Positions 1-10,297 of a DNA stretch of 30,467 nt are shown here, one piece after another (position 1 is the first letter of the stretch; every line of letters begins with the position of its first letter). The position numbers were made by a program, and so were the translations under genes. Under the pieces are notes generated by a model. It searched no databases and was not told where the DNA came from. It saw only the letters and a program-made list of their open reading frames with translations. Source of the DNA: Candidatus Eiseniibacteriota bacterium (GTDB taxonomy: Bacteria; Eisenbacteria; RBG-16-71-46); the NCBI GenBank assembly GCA_031364845.1, contig JANLWX010000074.1:1-30467 (forward strand). The letters run 5' to 3'.

Positions 1-69
1 CCTGTGACCAAGTTCCCGGGAGGACTTCCACCTCCTGGTCCGTGCCCATGCCGGGCGTACCCACACGAA

Positions 70-95
70 CGGGTGGCGGCTTTCGCCACCACCCG
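70..95 (-). terminator. Intrinsic terminator-like hairpin downstream of groEL
   Basis: Minus strand CGGGTGGTGGC-GAAA-GCCGCCACCCG (11-bp stem with one G-U pair, GNRA loop) followed by TTCGTGT, about 30 nt after the groEL stop; weak U-tract. Confidence 0.65.
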
Positions 96-126
96 GATCG
101 CATCGATGCGTGAAGCGTCTGTGAGC

Positions 127-2143
<2,017 letters not shown>

Positions 2144-2368
2144 GACTACCTCCTCAGCTCATGCGCCCGGGATGGGCGATGGGACTGTGTGGTGAGTGGT
2201 TGCATGCTGTGCGGGTGATCGGATTCGGCGTGACGAGATCGAGTGACCTCGATCGCTTGGCAGGACCCAGATGCTTCAATGGCAATTGTCTGGGAAGCTC
2301 GCGACCCGGCATGCTCGAGCGCGCTCAGGCGCCGCCGTTTCCGTCGTTGCCCAAATGGCACAGCTCGA

Positions 2369-2395
2369 TTGGCACTCTAGTCGAGACGGCGCCAG
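2369..2395. promoter_or_regulatory. Degenerate CIRCE (HrcA operator)-like element
   Basis: TTGGCACTC-N9-CGGCGCCAG versus consensus TTAGCACTC-N9-GAGTGCTAA; one arm near-perfect, the other poor; upstream of groES. Confidence 0.5.
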
Positions 2396-2403
2396 AGGCG
2401 CAA
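2374..2403 (-). promoter_or_regulatory. Putative sigma70-type promoter of groES-groEL
   Basis: Minus strand TTGCGC-N18-TAGAGT, overlapped by the CIRCE-like element. Confidence 0.45.
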
Positions 2404-2421
2404 GTCGCCGGTTGAATCCGG

Positions 2422-2453
2422 AAGAAAGCCCCCGGCGGGCGCCGGGATCGGGC
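2422..2453 (-). terminator. Putative intrinsic terminator after the 2469-3470 gene
   Basis: Minus strand stem CCCGGC-GCCC-GCCGGG, extended by GCC/GGC, followed by TTTCTT. Confidence 0.45.
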
Positions 2454-2468
2454 GCTAATGGCCCGGAA

Positions 2469-3470
2469 TCAGCTCGGGGTCGGAGGTGCTTCGAAGATCG
2501 CCGCGCGGGCGGCGCCGTCGAGATACCCGGTGCTGACCGTACCCTTCAGCTCGACACGTTTGCGCTCGATCGGGCTCCCATTGCGGGTGAACACGACGAT
2601 CGTGTCGCGCTTCTGATGGAGGTAGAACGCAAAACCTCCGCCCACGGGGAAGCTCTGGCCCACGGTGCCACGAATGTTCACCAGCTGGCCGTCCATCTCC
2701 CGCGCATGCGTCTTGATGTGGCGGATCGAGGTGAACTCCTCTTTGGGCTGCATCATCCCTACCGCAACGACCACGGCCACCACGACGCCCGCGAGGACGG
2801 CGTACACCGGAAGCGGGATACGCGCGAACTGCTTCATCGTCACGGCAAAGTAATCCGGACGGCGCTCCAATACGACAGGCGCCGCATGCTCTGCGGCCAC
2901 CTGCCGGGGAGCGCTGAACTTGTCCTCCTCCTCCCACTGGTCGTCGGACACCGGGTCGTCTGCGACGACGGTGCGGCGGCGCGCACGCAAAGAGGGAATG
3001 CTGCTCGCGGCCGCGGTCCATACGGCACCGGTCACTCCTGCCGCCGGCTCTTCACGCGATTCGGAGATCGTGGAGTTCTCACCGGAAGCCGCCGGTGCCG
3101 TGACCTCCGTGCGAGGCGTGGAGGGCGCTGCATGCGCCGACAAGGGTGTGGTTCGCGGCGATTGCGCAGCGGCATGCAGCGATGTCGGCTCGTAGCCCCG
3201 ATGCTCCCACTCGGTCGATGGCGGGGGCAGTGGAACATCTGGGGTCGAGTGCCGAACGAGGCCTTCGGCGCGAGCTGAAGCGGACGGCGGCGGTGGAGCC
3301 GCCGGGCGCGCCGTGGTCGGCAACGGCACGGGCGGACGCGAAGCGGCGGGCGGCGCGGCAGGCCGCGGAGCAACCTGGCCGAGATCCTGGTCGGTATCGA
3401 CGAGCCAGTCGGGTCGTCCGCCGCTCGCGGGCGGCATCACATCATCGTCGTCGGAGATCGGCAGGGTCAT
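2469..3470 (-). CDS. Hypothetical bitopic membrane protein: Pro/Ala-rich disordered N-terminus, one TM helix, C-terminal OB-fold-like domain
   Basis: 333-aa ORF; low-complexity P/A/S region; hydrophobic segment VYAVLAGVVVAVVVAVGM; C-terminal GQLVNIRGTV...IVVFT...RVELKGTV beta pattern typical of OB folds. Confidence 0.75.
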   Translation of the reverse strand: MTLPISDDDDVMPPASGGRPDWLVDTDQDLGQVAPRPAAPPAASRPPVPLPTTARPAAPPPPSASARAEGLVRHSTPDVPLPPPSTEWEHRGYEPTSLHAAAQSPRTTPLSAHAAPSTPRTEVTAPAASGENSTISESREEPAAGVTGAVWTAAASSIPSLRARRRTVVADDPVSDDQWEEEDKFSAPRQVAAEHAAPVVLERRPDYFAVTMKQFARIPLPVYAVLAGVVVAVVVAVGMMQPKEEFTSIRHIKTHAREMDGQLVNIRGTVGQSFPVGGGFAFYLHQKRDTIVVFTRNGSPIERKRVELKGTVSTGYLDGAARAAIFEAPPTPS

Positions 3471-3597
3471 GGCTCGCTCGGGTGGTTGGACGCGTTCACC
3501 GTCGGGTATCGGCGGCGTGGTCCGAGCGCTTGAGTGCGGGATGAAATTCGAGAGCGGAGCCTTCTGGAGATCCTCCGCCGGGCCGGGAATCCGGGCG

Positions 3598-4956
3598 TCA
3601 GAGCAGCCCGTACTCGTGGATCTTCCGGTACAGAGTGCGCAATCCGATCCCGAGCATCGCCGCGGCGCGCGGCTTGTCCCCGTTCAGGTGGGCGAGCGTG
3701 GCTTCGATGAGCTGGCGTTCCGCCTCGGCGACCGTCATCCCAACCGCGACCTCGAGCGGCCGCGGATCCCCGCCGGTCTGTCGAATGCCTTCGGGCATGT
3801 CGGAGATGTCGAGCAGCCGGCGCCCCTCGGAACCCGCGACCATGCCCGCGATCGTGGCCTTCAACTCGCGGACATTGCCCGGCCACGCGTGACGCGCGAG
3901 TTGCTCCAGCACGCCGCGCGTGACACCCGACACCTGGCGGCCGTGCGTGAGATTCGACTCTTCGATGAACGCGCGGACCAGCAGCGGAATGTCTTCGCGC
4001 CGCTCGCGCAGCGCGGGCACCTGGACGTGCACGACATTGAGACGGAAGAACAGGTCCTCGCGAAACGTCCCTGCCGCGACCTCGGCCGCGAGGTCGCGGC
4101 TCGTGGCCGCAATCAGACGCACGTCGATGCGCACCGCGTCCTTCCCTCCGAGGCGCTCGATCGCGCGGTCCTGCAGCACGCGCACGAGTTTGACCTGCAA
4201 CGTCGGCGGCAAGTCCCCGATCTCGTCGAGAAACAGTGTGCCCCCATCGGCGTCCTCGAACCGGCCGCGGTGGAGCACGCTCGCGCCGGTGAGCGGTCCC
4301 GGCTCGTGGCCGAACAGCTCGCCCTCGAGCAGGCCCTCGGCGAGCGCGGCGCACGGGACCGCGACGAAGCGCCCGTGGCGGCGCGGACTGTTGCGGTGGA
4401 TCGCGAGGGCGACGAACTCTTTTCCGGTTCCGCGTTCGCCTTCGATCAACACGGTCGAGCGCGTCGCGGCGATGCTGCGCACCTGCTGCATCACGCGGCG
4501 AATCGCGGGCGAGCTGCCGTCGATCCGGTCCAGCGCCAGGCGCTCGTCGAGTTGCTCTTCGAGCTCTCTTGCGCGCGCAGCGAGCGCCTGATGTTCGAGC
4601 CCGCGTCCGAGCACCGCGAGCAACTGATCGAAGTGCAGCGGTCGCGCGACCACATCGTGCGCGCCCTCGCGCAGCGCTTCGACCACCGCCTCGCGATCGC
4701 CCGCTTCCGTGATCACCACCGCGCACACGCCGGGATGGCGCTGGAGCGCCTCGCGCACCAGCGAGAGTCCGTCGACTTGCGGAGTGCGCCACTCGGCCAG
4801 CAGGCAGTCCACCGGACGCGCGGCGAGAACGTTGAACGCAGTCCCGCCGTCGCGGGCCGGAATCGGATCGAAACCGTGCGCGGCGAGGAAGGCGAGCAGC
4901 GATCGATTCGCATCGCCCGGCGGCTCGACGACGAGGATCGAAATGGGAGGCTTCAT
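3598..4956 (-). CDS. NtrC/AtoC-family REC-AAA+-HTH(Fis) transcriptional regulator, atypical
   Basis: Walker A GERGTGKE, Walker B LFLDEIG, FREDLFFRLNV, WPGNVREL, C-terminal AAAMLGIGLRTLYRKI HTH; GAFTGA replaced by GPLTGA; receiver Asp replaced by Glu. Confidence 0.93.
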   Translation of the reverse strand: MKPPISILVVEPPGDANRSLLAFLAAHGFDPIPARDGGTAFNVLAARPVDCLLAEWRTPQVDGLSLVREALQRHPGVCAVVITEAGDREAVVEALREGAHDVVARPLHFDQLLAVLGRGLEHQALAARARELEEQLDERLALDRIDGSSPAIRRVMQQVRSIAATRSTVLIEGERGTGKEFVALAIHRNSPRRHGRFVAVPCAALAEGLLEGELFGHEPGPLTGASVLHRGRFEDADGGTLFLDEIGDLPPTLQVKLVRVLQDRAIERLGGKDAVRIDVRLIAATSRDLAAEVAAGTFREDLFFRLNVVHVQVPALRERREDIPLLVRAFIEESNLTHGRQVSGVTRGVLEQLARHAWPGNVRELKATIAGMVAGSEGRRLLDISDMPEGIRQTGGDPRPLEVAVGMTVAEAERQLIEATLAHLNGDKPRAAAMLGIGLRTLYRKIHEYGLL

Positions 4957-5001
4957 CGGCTTGCGTGACCGGCGCCGGCTTTCACCGGCGCGGTTCGGTC
5001 C

Positions 5002-5484
5002 TCAGGCGTTCGGCGCGCGCAACGCGGCGATGGCGCCCGTGCTGCCGGGGATCTGCGCGATGTCGCCCGCATTGGCGCTGACGTCGCGATAGGCGATGCG
5101 GCCCTGCTTGTCGATCACGAACAGCGCGCGTCGACTGGTGGCGCGCTCCTCGTTGAGCACGCCGTATGCCGCGCTGACTTCCCGATGGAAATCGGACAGC
5201 AACGGGAACGACAGACCGAGTCGTTCGGCGAACGCCTTGTTCGAATGGTGGCTGTCGACGCTGACACCGAGCACGATGGCATCGACTTCGTCGAACTTCG
5301 CCATGTCCTGGTCCATCTGCGGCAACTGGTGCGAGCACACCGGGGAGAACGCGAGCGGAAAGAACACGAGGATGACGTTCTTGCTTCCGCGATATTCCGA
5401 GAGCGTGATCGGCATGCCGCCCGGACCTTTGAGTGTGAAGTCCGGCGCCATCTGTCCTATGTCGATGGGTTCCGCGAGTTGCAT
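5002..5484 (-). CDS. 1-Cys peroxiredoxin, AhpE-like (AhpC/TSA family)
   Basis: ATG 5484 with GGAGG RBS; APDFTL, FFPLAFSPVC (PxxxS/TxxC), GVSVDS, FPLLSDF, RALFVIDKQG; single Cys. Confidence 0.9.
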   Translation of the reverse strand: MQLAEPIDIGQMAPDFTLKGPGGMPITLSEYRGSKNVILVFFPLAFSPVCSHQLPQMDQDMAKFDEVDAIVLGVSVDSHHSNKAFAERLGLSFPLLSDFHREVSAAYGVLNEERATSRRALFVIDKQGRIAYRDVSANAGDIAQIPGSTGAIAALRAPNA

Positions 5485-5549
5485 CGATGCCTCCACGCGG
5501 CGAGCGCCGCTTCGTCCATCACCAGGTTCCGGTCGCATTCGCGAGCCGG

Positions 5550-6224
5550 TCAGAATGTCGGTGTCCGCACAGGTGCCGCGAAGTCTTCGCTCGAATCGCC
5601 GCGGCGCGGGGCGGCCCGGAGCATGTCCTGGCTTGCCGCCGCGAGTTCCGCAACCGAACGCACGCCACGCTCACGCTCCCAGCGCCGAGCGAGTACCAGC
5701 AAGGCGCGCGCGGTCGTCCGCGCATCGCCCGCGGCGCGGTGCTCGATCTCGGGCTCGAGTCCGAGTGCCGCGCGCAGTTGTCCGAGCGCGTTGGTACCCG
5801 AACCGAACAATCCCCGCGCGAGGCCGAGTGTGTCCACGACCGCATTGTAGAACGGCGGCACCCCCGCTTCGCGGAGCATCGGCCGCAGGAATCCGAGATC
5901 GAACGACGCATGATGCATCACCAGAGGAAAGTCGGCGCACCGTTCGCGCAACTCCTTCGCGACGACCGCCGGATCCGGCGCACCCTCGAGCATCGCGGCG
6001 TCGATCCCGTGAACCTCGCGCGCCGATGACGGCACCGGCCGCCTCGGATTCACGAAGCTCGCCCACGTGTCGATGATCGCACCGCGTTCGATCGTCACGC
6101 ACGCGACTTCGATTGCCACATGGCCGTCGGCGGCACTCCAGCCGGTGGTCTCGACGTCGATCGCCATCATGCGCCCCTCATCGAAGATCGAGGGCGCCGC
6201 AGCCACGGACACGGGCGCGGTCAC
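5550..6224 (-). CDS. DEDDh 3'-5' exonuclease (DnaQ/Pol III epsilon-like)
   Basis: ExoI IDVETTG, ExoII HHASFD, ExoIII HRAAGDA; GTG start overlaps the upstream stop (GTGA); alternative ATG near 6170. Confidence 0.88.
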   Translation of the reverse strand: MTAPVSVAAAPSIFDEGRMMAIDVETTGWSAADGHVAIEVACVTIERGAIIDTWASFVNPRRPVPSSAREVHGIDAAMLEGAPDPAVVAKELRERCADFPLVMHHASFDLGFLRPMLREAGVPPFYNAVVDTLGLARGLFGSGTNALGQLRAALGLEPEIEHRAAGDARTTARALLVLARRWERERGVRSVAELAAASQDMLRAAPRRGDSSEDFAAPVRTPTF

Positions 6225-6733
6225 CTGGTGTTCGCGCCCGCCTTCGCGACGAAGTCGTCGAACGATACGCCCCGCTCGAGGTGACCGTCCCCGATGTAGC
6301 GCAGCAGCAGCAGGAACCGGTCCGCGGGAATGTAGCCCGGCACGTTCACGAGGTGGTCGCCGTTGGGCTTGAGGAACACCGTGGTCGGATAGCCGGTCAC
6401 GCGGAATCGCGATGCGACCGCGCTCTCGGTGAGCCGCTTCCCACCGACCGTCGCGGGCTTCGAGGATTCGGCGTCGATCTTGACGGTCACGAAACGCCGC
6501 GCGAGGAACTCGCGCACGTCGTCGCGCGCGTAGACGTCGCGGTCCATCTTGCGGCAGTAGCCGCACCAATCGGTGTAGACATCGACGAGCACCGGCCGGT
6601 CCGCCGCGGCCGCGCGCGCAAGGCCCGCGTCCCACGCCAGCCACTCGATGCCCTTCGCTTTGGGCGGGGCGGCATGGGCCGTGACGGCAGCGAGCAGCGG
6701 GAGTGCCGCGAGCAGCAAGGTTCGCAGGTTCAA
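6221..6733 (-). CDS. Secreted thioredoxin-family protein (SoxW/DUF255-like)
   Basis: TTG start, signal peptide ending AHA, VDVYTDWCGYC (CxxC), cis-Pro GYPT. Confidence 0.88.
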   Translation of the reverse strand: MNLRTLLLAALPLLAAVTAHAAPPKAKGIEWLAWDAGLARAAAADRPVLVDVYTDWCGYCRKMDRDVYARDDVREFLARRFVTVKIDAESSKPATVGGKRLTESAVASRFRVTGYPTTVFLKPNGDHLVNVPGYIPADRFLLLLRYIGDGHLERGVSFDDFVAKAGANTR

Positions 6734-6807
6734 GGATGACCTCGGGCGGGACGGACTCGGGTGAGCGCGATCAGCGTATCACGGCCGCGAAACGCGCCCC
6801 AGCCGCG

Positions 6808-7635
6808 TCATTCGAACACCGTGTGTCGCAGGGTCTCGCCCGGATGCGCCGGGTCGAACCACACGCCGCACAGCCGCGAGGTCCCGAACTGCCCCGGATT
6901 CACGACCGTGGTGTCGCCGATCCGGTCGCGGAACGACGCGATGCGCGGAGACTCGTGGATGTGGCCGCTGAGAACGATCCGGGGCTGGCGGCGCTCGATG
7001 AACGCGCGAATCGCGCGCGAGCCGACGTGCTGGCCGGCGCCGATCTGGTCGCAGTTCGTCTCCCGCGGAGGAGAGTGCGTCACCAGCACGACCGCGGAAG
7101 CGTCGGACCCGAGCGGCAGCGCACCAAGAGCATCGGCGATGGTCGGCGCGCGCGCCGCCGGATCGAAGCGGTGAGCCACCGCCTCGCCATCGCGGCTGAT
7201 CCAGCCGTCGAGCCGCGCGGGCTGCTCGTCGTTGCCATCCTCCCATCGCTCCCAGTCCTTGATCCCGAACGGAGTGATCGGGACGAACGACGACCCCGCG
7301 ACCACGGTGCCCTCGATCTCGACCGCGCGTCCATGCAGCGCGAACCACAACGTACCGTGGTGTTCCTCGAGGCAATCGGCGTTCGACGCCCAGTCGTCGT
7401 TGCCCATCATGACCGACAACCGCGTTTCGGGGCTGGCGTCGTGAAGACGGCGCGCGAATTCCACGAACAGCCCCTGCAGAAACACGCGCTGCCGGCGGAT
7501 GCCGGAAGCGCCCGCGGCGTGAGGCCCGAGGTCGCCGCCGATCAGGATCGCACGGGGCCGGTGCGCGGCGCCGATCGCGAGCAGCTGTTCGTAGAGCGCA
7601 CCCTGGCCGTGCAGGTCGGAAGTGAAGAACCACAT
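6808..7635 (-). CDS. Metallophosphoesterase (Icc/calcineurin-like)
   Basis: Motifs SDLHG, GGDL, GNDD, THSPP, SGHIHE, VNPG. Confidence 0.9.
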   Translation of the reverse strand: MWFFTSDLHGQGALYEQLLAIGAAHRPRAILIGGDLGPHAAGASGIRRQRVFLQGLFVEFARRLHDASPETRLSVMMGNDDWASNADCLEEHHGTLWFALHGRAVEIEGTVVAGSSFVPITPFGIKDWERWEDGNDEQPARLDGWISRDGEAVAHRFDPAARAPTIADALGALPLGSDASAVVLVTHSPPRETNCDQIGAGQHVGSRAIRAFIERRQPRIVLSGHIHESPRIASFRDRIGDTTVVNPGQFGTSRLCGVWFDPAHPGETLRHTVFE

Positions 7636-7808
7636 GGTCGAGTTTGTCCGGGGCCGTCAAGCAGGTGTGAAAAGGCACTCTAGGCACGTATCGGAAACGC
7701 CGCAACCGGCTGAATCCGCTTGCTCTGTGATGGCTCAGTCGGGATACTTCTTCACCCGTCCGCTCCCCGATGGCCGCACTTGCCGACGACCCTTCCCCGA
7801 GGAACTCC

Positions 7809-9008
7809 ATGCCGATGTCGAAGAACCCGGCCCGAGCGTTTGTCTTGAGCCTCGCGCTCGCATTGTGTGCCGCAGCCCCTTGCTTTGCCGCGACCAACCT
7901 GCTGAAGAACCCCGGGTTCGAGGAGCAGGTTCGCGATCACGCATGGATGGCTGCCGGGTGGGACACCTCGCGCACCGGCCTGCCTTCGGTGTTCTTCGGC
8001 CGCGACACGATGGTGGCGCACGGGGGCAGCTACTCGGTCAACGTGGCCAACGTCAGCACCCGGATTCCGATGGCCTACAACTGGAGCCAGTCCATTCCGG
8101 TCGGGCCCGAAGCCTGGGGGAAGGACGCGGTGTTCACGATCTGGTCGCGCGCAAACGGGCTCGAGGGCCGCGCCTACATCCTGTTGCAGGCGTACCGCGA
8201 CACGGCATCCAAGATGGCGGCGGTCTGGGGTATCGATCGCGACGAAGCGCTGCGCAAGCTCAAGATCACGAGGATCGACGATCCGGTGCTCGATCTCGGC
8301 TGGAAGCGCCTGCAGTTCTCCGAGAATCAGAGTGACTGGGTGAAGCGTGAGGTCCGCGTGTTCGTTCCGCCCACCGTCAACATGCTGTACGTGCGCAGCG
8401 GGTTGCTCGGCACGGGCCAGGTGATCTTCGACGACGCGAGCCTCACGCTCGAAACCGCGCTACCCCCGGATCCGATTCCGCTCAACACGAACCTGCTCGC
8501 CGACCCCGGATTCGAGGAGGGCGGCAACGCGTGGGAGTACTCGATGCCTCCGTTCGACGGCCTCGAGGTGGCGCGCGACGAGACCGTCGCCCACACGGGC
8601 AAGGCGTCGGTACGGCTCGAGGGCTCGATGGGCATCATCCAATCGCGCGCCGGCGCGTGCCAGGTGTTGTGCAATCGCCAGCTCGCCGGCAAACGGATCC
8701 GGCTGTCGGCGTGGGTGAGGACTGACAGCCTGAAGACCTCGGCCTACCTGAAGCTGTACTTCCACGGGCTCCGGGAAGCCAAGGCGGTTCCGGGCTGGGA
8801 ACAGTTCTCGTTGAACACGCCGTGGACGAAGACCGTGTTCGAAGCCGATGTGCCCGAGGACACGTACTCCGTGTGGGCGTGGTTCCTCTATACGACGCCG
8901 TCCGCGGGGCGCGTGTACTACGACGACATGTCGCTCGAAGTGCTGGGGCCCGCGACCGGAGTCATCGGGCCTTCCACGCCGACGAAAACACCGTCCGGCG
9001 GAAACTGA
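7809..9008 (+). CDS. Secreted protein with two tandem carbohydrate-binding-like (CBM4/9, galactose-binding jelly-roll) domains
   Basis: GAGGA RBS before ATG 7809; signal peptide (..APCFA); repeats NLLKNPGFE...FDDASL and NLLADPGFE...YDDMSL. Confidence 0.8.
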   Translation: MPMSKNPARAFVLSLALALCAAAPCFAATNLLKNPGFEEQVRDHAWMAAGWDTSRTGLPSVFFGRDTMVAHGGSYSVNVANVSTRIPMAYNWSQSIPVGPEAWGKDAVFTIWSRANGLEGRAYILLQAYRDTASKMAAVWGIDRDEALRKLKITRIDDPVLDLGWKRLQFSENQSDWVKREVRVFVPPTVNMLYVRSGLLGTGQVIFDDASLTLETALPPDPIPLNTNLLADPGFEEGGNAWEYSMPPFDGLEVARDETVAHTGKASVRLEGSMGIIQSRAGACQVLCNRQLAGKRIRLSAWVRTDSLKTSAYLKLYFHGLREAKAVPGWEQFSLNTPWTKTVFEADVPEDTYSVWAWFLYTTPSAGRVYYDDMSLEVLGPATGVIGPSTPTKTPSGGN

Positions 9009-9011
9009 AAT

Positions 9012-9033
9012 CGCCGCGGCGCGTGCCGCGGCG
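9012..9033. terminator. GC-rich hairpin just after the CBM-like gene
   Basis: Perfect 9-bp inverted repeat CGCCGCGGC-GCGT-GCCGCGGCG; no clear U-tract on + strand. Confidence 0.4.
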
Positions 9034-9064
9034 TGCAAGATTCCTGGCCGAGCGAATCCAATCC

Positions 9065-9094
9065 TTGACAGCTTCGGGACCTGTGCTCAACACT
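9065..9094 (+). promoter_or_regulatory. Putative sigma70-type promoter with no downstream CDS
   Basis: Perfect -35 TTGACA (9065-9070); weak -10 AACACT at 18-bp spacing. Confidence 0.4.
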
Positions 9095-9100
9095 GGGGCC

Positions 9101-9328
9101 TGCAGCTGGGCAGAAAGTACTCCTTGGCAGGGAGCTTTCCGACCGGAACCGAGTGCACGTTCGCTGCACGTGCGCTGCGACGTCCAGGAATGCCGGCAAT
9201 CTCGAGCGAGGGATTCCGGAATCCGGAACGGGCCACGCGGGAATGGAGCTGCAAGACGTGCGAATCGCCAGCCCAGGGCGATGCCCTCTCGCGCGTGAGT
9301 GGGACGGACCCCTCCCTCTTCTACTCAC
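9101..9328 (+). ncRNA. Candidate structured non-coding RNA (family not recognised)
   Basis: Between convergent genes and downstream of TTGACA; several hairpins, long-range pairing 9101-9107/9247-9253, possible pseudoknot 9106-9111/9271-9276, 3' hairpin with G-U pairs favouring + strand. Confidence 0.35.
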
Positions 9329-9343
9329 CGATCTGCTTCGACG

Positions 9344-10297
9344 TTAGAGCCAGTTCCTGCGCTTGAGATACCACCACGTGATGGCGGCGGAGATCACGCA
9401 CAACCCGCCCACCCACCATGCGCCGTGCGCCCATTGATATTCCGGGAACGGAAAGTTCATCCCGTACCAGCCCGTCACGAGCGTGAGCGGCAGGCCGATC
9501 GTCGCGATCAGCGTGAGGCGCTTGATCACCTCGTTGAGGCGGTTGGACGCCGCCGAGATGTGGAGCTCGAGCAGACTCGCGGTCTCGTCGCGAAACGAAT
9601 CGAGCAGGTCGCTGATCCGCGCCATCCGGTCGTAGACGTCCCTCAGATACATCCGCATTTCGGGCGGGATCGGGCGGAACTCGTCGCGCGTGAGCGCGAG
9701 CACGGTGTCGCGCTGGGGCCCCACGACGCGGCGCAGAGCCGACATGCCGCGCTTGAGCGTGAGGATGCGCCGGTTCACGGGCGACCGGTCGTTCTCGAAG
9801 ATGACCTCCTCCAGCTCATCGATCTCCTCGGCGATCCGATCCATGATCGGCAGGTATTGATCGACGAGCGTATCGAGGATGAAGTGGAGCAGGTGGACCG
9901 GACCCTCGCGCAGAAGATCCGGGCGCCGGGGCAGAACATCGTGCGCGGCGTCGATCGCGCGCGGATGGCCGTCGTGGTAGGTGATCAGGAACCGCTCTCC
10001 GAGCACGATGTCGATCTCGCGCAGCACCGGACGGTCGGCGTCCCAGCGCGCCGAGTGGATCACGAGATAGAGGTAGTTGCGGTAGTTGTCCACCTTGGGC
10101 CGGTTCGCCTGCACCACCATGTCCTCGCGAACCAGGGGATGGATCTCGAGCAGGTCGAGCACGACATCCGCACAGCCTTCGGGTTCCTCGGCGAAATCCA
10201 TCCACGCCACGCCGTGTCCGTCCTTGGCCTCGCGCGCGGCGGTTTCCGGATCCACCTGCGTGAGACCGTCCTTCGTGAGCAGCCATGCGCGGATCAT
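9344..10297 (-). CDS. corA: CorA-family Mg2+/Co2+ transporter
   Basis: IHPLVREDM, RPKVDNY, LHFILDTLVDQY, signature GWYGMNF, two C-terminal TM helices; ATG overlaps the HDAC stop (ATGA). Confidence 0.95.
   Translation of the reverse strand: MIRAWLLTKDGLTQVDPETAAREAKDGHGVAWMDFAEEPEGCADVVLDLLEIHPLVREDMVVQANRPKVDNYRNYLYLVIHSARWDADRPVLREIDIVLGERFLITYHDGHPRAIDAAHDVLPRRPDLLREGPVHLLHFILDTLVDQYLPIMDRIAEEIDELEEVIFENDRSPVNRRILTLKRGMSALRRVVGPQRDTVLALTRDEFRPIPPEMRMYLRDVYDRMARISDLLDSFRDETASLLELHISAASNRLNEVIKRLTLIATIGLPLTLVTGWYGMNFPFPEYQWAHGAWWVGGLCVISAAITWWYLKRRNWL

Noticed and set aside
2356..2375. TGGCAC upstream of groES as a sigma54 -24 element
   Set aside because: No TTGC at the required spacing and wrong orientation for groES
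3313..4968. 551-aa + strand ORF
   Set aside because: Antisense shadow of the NtrC-family gene
9095..9115. GGGGCCTGCAGCTGGGCAGA resembles the 5' end of tRNA-Ala/tmRNA
   Set aside because: No T-arm (GTTCGA) or acceptor-stem/CCA end and no tag ORF at the expected distance
9205..9286. Vague cobalamin-riboswitch-like words (GGGA..CCGG, GCCAC, GGGAA, AGCC.AG)
   Set aside because: Core motifs and spacing do not fit, and no co-oriented downstream gene exists
9153..9347. 64-aa ORF in the structured intergenic region
   Set aside because: No RBS, atypical composition, no motifs
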